Of a stretch of DNA of 32,000 bases, positions 24,713 through 31,901 are shown piece after piece. Within the stretch, counting starts at the first letter, position 1. Each line of letters starts with the position of its first letter. The position numbers and the translations under genes were made by a program. This DNA comes from Heliobacterium mobile (GTDB lineage: Bacteria; Bacillota; Desulfitobacteriia; Heliobacteriales; Heliobacteriaceae): positions 123,809 through 155,808 of the forward strand of contig NZ_WNKU01000006.1 in the NCBI RefSeq assembly GCF_009720735.1, in the 5' to 3' direction. The notes under the pieces are model-generated. The model saw nothing but the letters and a program-made list of their open reading frames with translations. It ran no database searches and had not been told where the DNA came from.

Positions 24713-25837
24713 TCAATGAGTTGCATTAAAATCTGATGTATTTTCATCAAAAGAAATTTGAGAAGATTTTATTTTCCAAAGTGTATTGGCATTCTCATTG
24801 ATTATTTTATCTATAATCGGTTTTGCTTCCGGTATATGCCCTAATCTAGCGGGTATTTCTTGCATTAGCCGGTCGCTTGCTTCTAAAGCCATTTCTTTCT
24901 GTTGCTCAGCCACCACTCTCTCCTTTTCTGCCAACAATGCTCCCTCACATGCTCGTTTTGCTTGTATATTGGCCATACTCCTCTGTTCTTCCGCCATTAG
25001 AGCCTGCTGCACAGTCACTTGACGCTGTCTCTCTACTTCCATTGTAGCAGCTTGAGCTTCATTTTCTCGAATTATTGCCTGATCTCTAGCTTTCTCTGCC
25101 TTTTCTTTTTTCTCTACTGCTTCTAACGTCGCATTCTCTGCTTCTAACCTTTTGCCTTCGGCGTAGCGGTACTGCATAATGCTTGCCGTTCCAAAAATAA
25201 ACAAGCACAAGATTGAACCTAGAGCAAGCATTGTAACGTTTTTTACGAATCTTTCTCTGTGTCTCTGCCGAAGATTATCAAAGGTACAGTTTAATAACTT
25301 AGCGAGAAGACGCAATTTCTCTTCTTTTAACATTTGCAATGATTCAGAAATGCTATTCGATTCGTTCGTAATGTTAGCAGCTAATGGCTCAGCAATTTCT
25401 AATCGTTCGTATTCCTGACCACCGATCCGCACCCAATGCCGACGATGCTCCCGAAGAAGATCAGGGAAGGATTCTTCTGGTTTTCCTTCCACAAGCAACG
25501 TCAGAATCCGGTTTGAACGACCCATTTCTCGAAATAATCGAATTTCCTCCTTCACTCGTCGATCCTTGGGGGTTGCTGGCGAGCAAACAACGATAAGAAA
25601 GTTCGCACACTTCAGTGCTTGAGAGATATCCAATGGAGCTATTTCTTTACTTTCATATCCCAAATATGCAGGCATATATACTTTCACTTTTTCCGATAAG
25701 CCTTGCTTCACCAAGGCATTGGGTACCCGGTACGAATTTAATGCGTTTACTAGATGATTTGCTATGGAAAGGTCCAGCCTTCGCTGACAACAGGTGATAA
25801 CCGCATCGTATCGAAGGTCCTTTTCTTCGGAGGTCAT
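24713..25837 (-). CDS. degenerate TIR-like domain - TM - coiled-coil protein
   Basis: AAAGGAGGAG serves as RBS. It is a paralogue of the two other TIR proteins (FLIVVCSPATP, ILTLLVEGKPEESFP, EKLRLLAKLLNCTFDNLRQRHRER). The N-terminal signature reads YDAVITCCQ instead of YDAFISYRH. The TM is VTMLALGSILCLFIFGTASIM. Confidence 0.75.
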   Translation of the reverse strand: MTSEEKDLRYDAVITCCQRRLDLSIANHLVNALNSYRVPNALVKQGLSEKVKVYMPAYLGYESKEIAPLDISQALKCANFLIVVCSPATPKDRRVKEEIRLFREMGRSNRILTLLVEGKPEESFPDLLREHRRHWVRIGGQEYERLEIAEPLAANITNESNSISESLQMLKEEKLRLLAKLLNCTFDNLRQRHRERFVKNVTMLALGSILCLFIFGTASIMQYRYAEGKRLEAENATLEAVEKKEKAEKARDQAIIRENEAQAATMEVERQRQVTVQQALMAEEQRSMANIQAKRACEGALLAEKERVVAEQQKEMALEASDRLMQEIPARLGHIPEAKPIIDKIINENANTLWKIKSSQISFDENTSDFNATH

Positions 25838-25858
25838 GATTCACTCCTCCTTTAAAAC

Positions 25859-26515
25859 CTATTGCTTGTTGAGATTATAGGTTTCTTGTAGTTTTCTCCA
25901 TTTTAGAAAAGCCTTGTTTGCACTTTCTAAGTCCCCTAGTTCACGGGATATTTCTTCCGTTTTTTTCCATACAATATGTAGAAATCGTTGTGCTTCGATA
26001 TTTGTGGTGTCCTTTGCCAGTTCTTCGGCAATAACTAGTTCTTTTTCGTACCATTTGCGTGCATCTAAAAACTCACCTTCAGCGTAAGTAAAATCGCCAT
26101 AACTTTCGTAGAGAATGGCTAGGTCCCTTAGCGCCTTTGCATTCGTTTGGTCCTTTGCCAGTTCTTCACGTATCGCAAGAGCCTTCTCATACCACCCTCG
26201 GGCTAGCGACAGGTCCCCTTGGGCTACCGACACTTTCCCTAGGTTATTGTAACTGATTGATAAGTCCCGTTGCGCCTCTGCATTCATTTGGTCTTTTGCC
26301 AGTTCTACCGAAATCGCAAGAGCCTTCTCATACCACCCTCGGGCTCCCGATAGGTCCTCTCTGGCTACCGCCACTTCTCCTAGTCTTTCGTAACTGATCA
26401 ATAAGTCCCTCTGTGCCTGCGTATTTGTCTGGTCTTTTGCCAGTTCTTCAGCAATCTCAAGAGCCTTCTCATACCATATCCGGGCTCCCCACAGGTCCCC
26501 TTGGGCTATCGCCAC
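25859..26515 (-). CDS. TPR-like 47-aa-repeat protein; in-frame continuation of the 26531-28516 ORF
   Basis: 218-aa ORF with a GTG start and no clear RBS. It begins in the middle of a repeat unit (AIAQGDLWGARIWYEKAL...) and carries about 4 more repeat units. Confidence 0.6.
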   Translation of the reverse strand: MAIAQGDLWGARIWYEKALEIAEELAKDQTNTQAQRDLLISYERLGEVAVAREDLSGARGWYEKALAISVELAKDQMNAEAQRDLSISYNNLGKVSVAQGDLSLARGWYEKALAIREELAKDQTNAKALRDLAILYESYGDFTYAEGEFLDARKWYEKELVIAEELAKDTTNIEAQRFLHIVWKKTEEISRELGDLESANKAFLKWRKLQETYNLNKQ

Positions 26516-27400
26516 AACACCTATTCTTTCTTAACTGATCGATAAGTCCCGCTGTGCCTGTGTATTTGTCCGGTCTTTCGCCAGTTCTTCAGCAATCGTA
26601 AGAGCCTTCTCATACCATATCCGGGCTCCCGAAAGGTCCCCTTGGGCTATCGCCACTTCTCCTAGTCTTTCGTAACAGAGCGATAAGTACCGCTGCGCCT
26701 CTGCATTCATCCGGTCTTTCGCCAGTTCTTCAGCAATCGTAAGAGCCTTCTCATACCATATCCGGGCTCCCGACAAGTCACCTTGGGCTACCGCCACTTC
26801 TCCTATGTTATTGTAACTGATTGATAAGCCCCGTTGCGCCTCTGCATTCGTTTGGTCTTTTGCCAGTTCTTCACGTATCGCAAGAGCCTTCTCATACCAT
26901 ATCCGGGCTCCCGACAGGTCCCCTTGGGCTACCGACACTTCCCCTAGTCTATCGTAACTGAACGATAAATCCCGCTGCGCCTGCGCATTCGTAAGGTCTT
27001 TTGACAGTTCTTCAGTTATCGCAAGAGCCTTCTCATACCATATCCGGGCTCCCGACAGGTCCCCTTGGGCTACCGACACTTCCCCTAGTCTATCGTAACT
27101 GATCGATAAGTTCCGCTGCGCCTGCTCATTCGTCCGATCTTTCGCCAGTTCTTCAGCAATCGCAAGAGCCTTCTCAAACCATATCCGGGCTCCCGGTAGG
27201 TCCCCTTGGGTTATCGCCACGTCCCCTAGTCTTTCGTAACTGACCGATAAATCCCGCTGCGCCTGCGCATTCGTCCGATCTTTTCCCAGTTCCTCATTTA
27301 TCACAAGACCCTTCTCAAATTCTGCTTTAGCCCTTACTACATCACCCAATATAATCCACGTGTCTCCCATACGCGAAAAGTTTACACTCTTTTCACGCAA
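25900..27400 (-). repeat. tandem 141-nt (47-codon) coding repeats, about 10 units
   Basis: The 52-nt string ccagttcttcagcaatcgtaagagccttctcataccatatccgggctcccga occurs at 26581 and again at 26722, exactly 141 nt apart. The same period is seen throughout. The boundaries are approximate. Confidence 0.8.
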
Positions 27401-28516
27401 CACTTTCGGGTCCGATAGCTCTCTGCCTACATCCATAATCCTATCCAGCATCCCTAAGTTTCCTGCCAGCACGTCCACCAAAATCGTTTTGGTACCTGCT
27501 ATGTTTTGAAGCTTATCAGGAACATCATAAGTTAAGCTACGGATAACTTGCATAGCAAGGTTTTTCTGCTCTACGCTCTGCTTGCGCCGTTCTTCGGCAA
27601 GGGCATATAGCTTTTCTGAGGTCGCCCGTTGCGACTCAGCATCCTGTTTAGCTTGCTCCGTTTCGTTTTTATATTTTTCCGCCTCTTGTTCCAGTCGACG
27701 CGCTTCTTCATAGCGTGCTTCAGACCAGCGCTGCATTTCTCCGGCTTTCTGATACTGCTCGACAGCAATCTGCTCCGCTTCTTGTGCTTCAGCTAATTTG
27801 ATTGTGGCGACTCGACTTGATTCTTCTGCCTGCCTTCGTAAATCGTTGCTGTAAAAACCATAGATTGTAGCTATGGTTAAGGCTGCCGTTAGGGCTAAGC
27901 CTCTCTGCCAATACAGTCGCTGTTGGTGATAGTGCCAAAGTTCTTCCTTCTGAACACCTGCCAGTAGTGTAATTAGTTCCAACTTCTGTTCTTTCAGGTT
28001 GTTCAAAATTTGGCTCGTATCTTTTCCACGCAGGTCGGTTACAGGTAGTTTCCACTTCCCGTTAATCGACTCTTTTAAATTGCTATCGTCTTCCCGTGCC
28101 GCCGACCCTTCAAGATGATCCAATAGCGCTAATAGAGGAAGCGGGAACGAATCCCTTGGTTCTCCTTCGATAATCACCGGCAAGATACGCTGGGCTCTCC
28201 CTAACTCAATAAAAGTTTCTATCTCCCTGGCCACCCATTCCGACTCGGGGGTGCTTCGGGAGCACAATACAATGAGAAATTGCGATTGAGAAAGAGCGTA
28301 CGCAATGTCATCGCTAAGGTTGCTGGAACTGGGTAGTTCTGCTAGGTCCAAAAATATCCGAGTTATCGGCCATGCTCCCTTTTTGACCAGTGCCGAAGGA
28401 ACTTTGTACGTCTCCAAAAGCCGGTGCAGGCGGGCTGCGATAATCTTATCTGGAAAGCCGTGGCGGTAACTGATAAATGCATTGTAATGATAATCACTTT
28501 TAGGATTAAAAGTCAC
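26531..28516 (-). CDS. TIR - TM - coiled coil - TPR-like 47-aa repeat protein (ends at a TAA inside a repeat)
   Basis: GGGGGGAG lies 5 nt upstream of GTG 28516. The TIR signature is YNAFISYRH...FLIVLCSRSTPESEWVAREIETF...IIEGEP. The TM is LALTAALTIATIYGFY, followed by an E/K/Q-rich coiled coil. About 6 repeats of ...AQRDLSxSYERLGEVAVAQGDLSGARIWYEKALAIAEELAKDxTN follow. Confidence 0.85.
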   Translation of the reverse strand: MTFNPKSDYHYNAFISYRHGFPDKIIAARLHRLLETYKVPSALVKKGAWPITRIFLDLAELPSSSNLSDDIAYALSQSQFLIVLCSRSTPESEWVAREIETFIELGRAQRILPVIIEGEPRDSFPLPLLALLDHLEGSAAREDDSNLKESINGKWKLPVTDLRGKDTSQILNNLKEQKLELITLLAGVQKEELWHYHQQRLYWQRGLALTAALTIATIYGFYSNDLRRQAEESSRVATIKLAEAQEAEQIAVEQYQKAGEMQRWSEARYEEARRLEQEAEKYKNETEQAKQDAESQRATSEKLYALAEERRKQSVEQKNLAMQVIRSLTYDVPDKLQNIAGTKTILVDVLAGNLGMLDRIMDVGRELSDPKVLREKSVNFSRMGDTWIILGDVVRAKAEFEKGLVINEELGKDRTNAQAQRDLSVSYERLGDVAITQGDLPGARIWFEKALAIAEELAKDRTNEQAQRNLSISYDRLGEVSVAQGDLSGARIWYEKALAITEELSKDLTNAQAQRDLSFSYDRLGEVSVAQGDLSGARIWYEKALAIREELAKDQTNAEAQRGLSISYNNIGEVAVAQGDLSGARIWYEKALTIAEELAKDRMNAEAQRYLSLCYERLGEVAIAQGDLSGARIWYEKALTIAEELAKDRTNTQAQRDLSIS

Positions 28517-29053
28517 GTTTCTCCCCCCCTTTGAATTAGGAGCTTTCTCTTATCAAACTCATGTAATTTCGTAAATATCAACTTACATTAAGCTCTACGC
28601 TCGCCCTTTATTCCCTGGCGACAACTAATCTTATACCCTAATTATATCTTTATTACATTATTTCACCAACAAAACTTATTGTAACAAATCATTCTCGAGT
28701 CCTTGTGGGATATCGAGTAAAAATAATTTTTTTAACAAATTATCGTTAGCTATAGAAGGAACTTGAATGAATCTATTGAAAAATCTTATAGGTAGCATTT
28801 GTCTCTTTTTACTTCTTTGGGATTTGGGAACGGAATTTCCCCTTGAAATGCCACAAGTGCCCAATGCATATACTCTTAGTGACAGTCGATTCTTTTTAAA
28901 GCATCTGGTCTGAATGCAAAACCTATCGTCGTCCCCTCGACAGTTAGATAACAATAAAGATGAACCAATGCCACTATCGCATTAACGCAAGGCTTTCGAA
29001 GCACTGTTACCTGTTATGGTACAACTGTAATCGTTCATAAGGAGGTAATTTAA

Positions 29054-29308
29054 ATGAGTAAACCCTGGTTTGATCCGGAAACAGGAATACTGCTTCTCGA
29101 TGAGTATGTTTCCGGCACGGATTCCTTTCAAAGGATTATGAAAGACGGCACTGTTTCTGATCAGGAAATCATGGAGCAAAGTCATAAAGTCGTATCATTA
29201 TTAAAAGAACTGGAGAGTCGACTTTCGCCGGAAGAAAAATTACTGGTAACCGATGCCCTTTGTGAACTTTCCGTCTTATACGTTCTTGAGCGTCACCGTA
29301 CGCATTAA
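29054..29308 (+). CDS. small hypothetical protein
   Basis: 84 aa with AAGGAGG 8 nt upstream of the ATG. It looks helical and acidic, with no motif I recognise. Confidence 0.6.
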   Translation: MSKPWFDPETGILLLDEYVSGTDSFQRIMKDGTVSDQEIMEQSHKVVSLLKELESRLSPEEKLLVTDALCELSVLYVLERHRTH

Positions 29309-29340
29309 TTTCCAAGGTTGAAGTAAAGGAGGAAGTGGCA

Positions 29341-29853
29341 ATGGGGCTTTATGAGACAACGAAAATCGTCCCTGTCTCGCTCTCGGACCTAACTCCAGTG
29401 GCGAACGACGTTTTAGATTATTTTCGTGCCCAAGAGTATGATGTCAACGGTGAAGGGACTCCAACTCGGGGATGGCATATCAGTATCAGTAAGGGTGGGA
29501 TATTTAAAGCCGTCCTTGGCATGAAGACAGCACTGAATATTGAAATTGAGCCTACCCGTACAGGAACATCCCTTAAGGCGGGCATTGGTATATTCGGGAT
29601 GCAGGCCATTCCCACAGTGATCGCGCTTTTCGTGGCTTGGCCCGTCTTGCTCACTCAGATCTGGGGCCTTGTCAAAAATGCTGATTTGGATGAAGAGGCC
29701 ATTAATTGTGCCGAAAAAAGCCTATTGAGCCAAGCTACACATCATTCTGCCAGTAAAGCACAAGTTGACCCATCTCAAACTTTTTGTACTAATTGTGGTC
29801 ATCGACTTCAATCGGGAGATAAGTTCTGCCCTCAATGTGGTACCCGTCGGTAG
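29341..29853 (+). CDS. membrane protein with C-terminal zinc ribbon, hypothetical
   Basis: AAGGAGGA lies 7 nt upstream of ATG 29341; the track GTG at 29335 is too close to the RBS. It has one TM (IPTVIALFVAWPVLLTQIWGLV) and ends CTNCGHRLQSGDKFCPQCGTRR. Confidence 0.7.
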   Translation: MGLYETTKIVPVSLSDLTPVANDVLDYFRAQEYDVNGEGTPTRGWHISISKGGIFKAVLGMKTALNIEIEPTRTGTSLKAGIGIFGMQAIPTVIALFVAWPVLLTQIWGLVKNADLDEEAINCAEKSLLSQATHHSASKAQVDPSQTFCTNCGHRLQSGDKFCPQCGTRR

Positions 29854-29883
29854 ACTATCCATATCAGTTATACATAGAAACCA

Positions 29884-29914
29884 AAAAATTGGAGCAGAAA
29901 TGCTCCAATTTTTC
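29884..29914 (+). terminator. intrinsic terminator
   Basis: aaaaattggagca-gaaa-tgctccaattttt forms a perfect stem with a GAAA loop and a T5 run. Confidence 0.8.
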
Positions 29915-30020
29915 ATATGAAACTTCCATGACCTATTGGGTTACAGGCTACGATGAAAACAGCTTGCTCAAAAAGCTTGGCGCAGACAGATAATCTGTCG
30001 CGCAACCGTCAAAGTTCAAG

Positions 30021-31901
30021 TTGCATAGGTTAAAGAACTCGGAGGGAGAAGGACCATTGAAAAAAACTAGCAAACGACAAGGATTATCGTTTTGGGAAAT
30101 GTGGGATGACTATCAATGGTTGTTATTAGGCTTTCTTACAGTCATAGCAATGGTTTTGGGGATTACCGGATTTATTCAAATGGCGGCCCTATCAGAGGCC
30201 TCATTGCATGTTTCGACTATAAGCGATGCTCTTTATCAAACCCTTTTGTTATTTACTTTTGAAGGTGTGGCCACAAATCATGTACCACTTTCTCTTGATA
30301 TTTCCCGTTGGTTGACCGTCTGCGTGGCCGGATTTGCAGTCGTAAAAACATTCCTTACTATCACGCGAAAAGAATATGGTATTTTTCGGTTGCTCTTTTG
30401 CCGTGATCACATCGTTATCTGCGGGCTTGGACGAAAAGGCACATTGCTTATTGAGGATTTACTTTCGTCAACTGAACGTAAAAACCGTCATATCACTGTC
30501 ATCGAGTTGAATAACGATAATGACCAACTAGTGTCCTATCGAAAGAAAGGAATCACTATTATTCAAGGCAGCGCAACAGATCCAATAACCTTGCAAAAAG
30601 CTGGTATCTCTAAGGCCGCTTATCTGTTTATTTTGACAAATAACGATGATACCAATATTGAAATTGCCTTCAAAGCCTTTCAAACCGTTACCTCTTATGC
30701 GGTTAACGAAATCATGCCGAAGGTCAAAGATGGCATAATAAGTTCCCGCGATCTGAGAAAGAGGAAAAGCAATCTAAAATGTTATGCTCATGTCAGTAAT
30801 TCCATCATGTTTGATTTGTTCCGGCAGCACAAGTTATTTAACCACAACCACCGGTCTTTCGAGGGGAAACTTTTCAATTTATATGAAGCAAGTTCCCGTC
30901 AAGTTTTTAACCAATATCCCCCTGATGAACTTTGTGGTGGCCTATGCCATCTTCCCGATAGTGCTCCTATACACATCGTGATTGTGGGCTTTGTGACGAT
31001 AGGCCGGACTCTACTCCTTCACATCCTCCGGCAAGCCCACTACGGAAATTTAAAGAGAACAAGGATTACGATTATCGATAGCGCAGCAGACATCGAATCG
31101 TCACGGTTTCGGGGAGCTTATCCCGGTGTAGAACAAGTGGCAGAAGTACATTTTCTGAGCAAGGATCCACAAAGCTTAAATATGCATGATATTCTCCAAT
31201 TAAACGATATATGTCCGGTCCCCATCCTTTATATTAGCCTTGATGATGATACACTGACTTATCTTACAGCGTACCGACTAGCCGCACAAATTAATCACGT
31301 CGGCGATGCCCCTGTCAATGGCCTACAAATCGTGGCATGCATTCCAGAAATTACGCCTTTATATCCGCTGATGAAAGGAAAAGAACAGCTGACCACCTAT
31401 GACTCTGGACTTCAGCTCCCTGATCAAATGCAGATTTTTCATATGATCAGTGAATCCTGTAACTGGAAAGTGATTGTCCAGGAAGACTTGGACGAGCATG
31501 CCGAAAAACTACATCAAGATTATCTAAATACACGGACAGAGCTGACATCAGAAGAAATTTCTATGTCTTGGGACGAGCTGTCAGAAGAGTACCGTAACTC
31601 AAACCGCTATGCAGCGGATCATTATTCCATCAAACAACGGGCGATTCTCGCTGCTTTCCAAAATCTGCGTGATAAGGAAAAGGGCCTTCAACCACCTTTT
31701 GTGGACGATAATCTGGTAGAACGGCTGGCCCGAATGGAACATCAGCGCTGGACGGCGGAGAAGCTATTATCCGGATGGACCTACGGCCCCAAGCGGGATG
31801 ACGGAAAAAAGAAAAATCCCAATCTTGTCGATTGGGATCGGCTAGATGAGCAAGTTAAACTTTATAACCTAGAAAATGCGAGAAAACTATTTCGTCGATA
31901 A
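30021..31901 (+). CDS. 2TM channel-like domain - TrkA-N/RCK Rossmann domain(s) - C-terminal RyR domain protein
   Basis: Two TM helices (LLLGFLTVIAMVLGITGFI and WLTVCVAGFAVVKTFLTI) flank a pore-helix-like ALYQTLLLFTFEGVATN. IVICGLGRKG (GxGxxG) with ...GSATDP...ILTNNDDTNIE is TrkA-N-like, and IVIVGFVTIGR marks a second Rossmann-like domain. The C-terminus (MEHQRWTAEKLLSGWTYGPKRDDGKKKNPNLVDWDRLDEQVKLYN) is RyR-like. The true start may be TTG 30057 or ATG 30099. Confidence 0.75.
   Translation: MHRLKNSEGEGPLKKTSKRQGLSFWEMWDDYQWLLLGFLTVIAMVLGITGFIQMAALSEASLHVSTISDALYQTLLLFTFEGVATNHVPLSLDISRWLTVCVAGFAVVKTFLTITRKEYGIFRLLFCRDHIVICGLGRKGTLLIEDLLSSTERKNRHITVIELNNDNDQLVSYRKKGITIIQGSATDPITLQKAGISKAAYLFILTNNDDTNIEIAFKAFQTVTSYAVNEIMPKVKDGIISSRDLRKRKSNLKCYAHVSNSIMFDLFRQHKLFNHNHRSFEGKLFNLYEASSRQVFNQYPPDELCGGLCHLPDSAPIHIVIVGFVTIGRTLLLHILRQAHYGNLKRTRITIIDSAADIESSRFRGAYPGVEQVAEVHFLSKDPQSLNMHDILQLNDICPVPILYISLDDDTLTYLTAYRLAAQINHVGDAPVNGLQIVACIPEITPLYPLMKGKEQLTTYDSGLQLPDQMQIFHMISESCNWKVIVQEDLDEHAEKLHQDYLNTRTELTSEEISMSWDELSEEYRNSNRYAADHYSIKQRAILAAFQNLRDKEKGLQPPFVDDNLVERLARMEHQRWTAEKLLSGWTYGPKRDDGKKKNPNLVDWDRLDEQVKLYNLENARKLFRR

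Larger units (their letters stand above)
25859..28516 (-). pseudogene. the same locus read as one ~885-codon TIR-TPR gene interrupted by a single nonsense codon
   Basis: Reading through TAA (26531-26533) gives RDLSIS*ERIGVVAIAQGDL, which aligns with RDLSISYERLGEVAIAQGDL in the sister repeats. The frame is preserved for another 223 codons. Confidence 0.5.

Noticed and set aside
25900-27400. The regular ~141-nt periodicity might be a CRISPR-like or non-coding repeat array.
   Set aside because: The units are contiguous with no unique spacers. They lie in a long open reading frame and translate into a coherent 47-aa helical repeat. This is a coding tandem repeat, not a CRISPR array.
28767-28913. 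48-aa plus-strand ORF (MNLLKNLIGSICLFLLLWDLGTEFPLEMPQVPNAYTLSDSRFFLKHLV) with GAAGGA 6 nt upstream.
   Set aside because: The hydrophobic N-terminus and weak RBS make it a conceivable small membrane peptide. It is short, unsupported by any motif, and antisense to another chance ORF. That is not enough evidence to call it.
28676-28954. 92-aa minus-strand ORF in the spacer upstream of the TIR-repeat gene.
   Set aside because: It has no RBS, an odd basic and Cys-rich composition, and lies in A+T-rich intergenic DNA. It is most likely a chance ORF.
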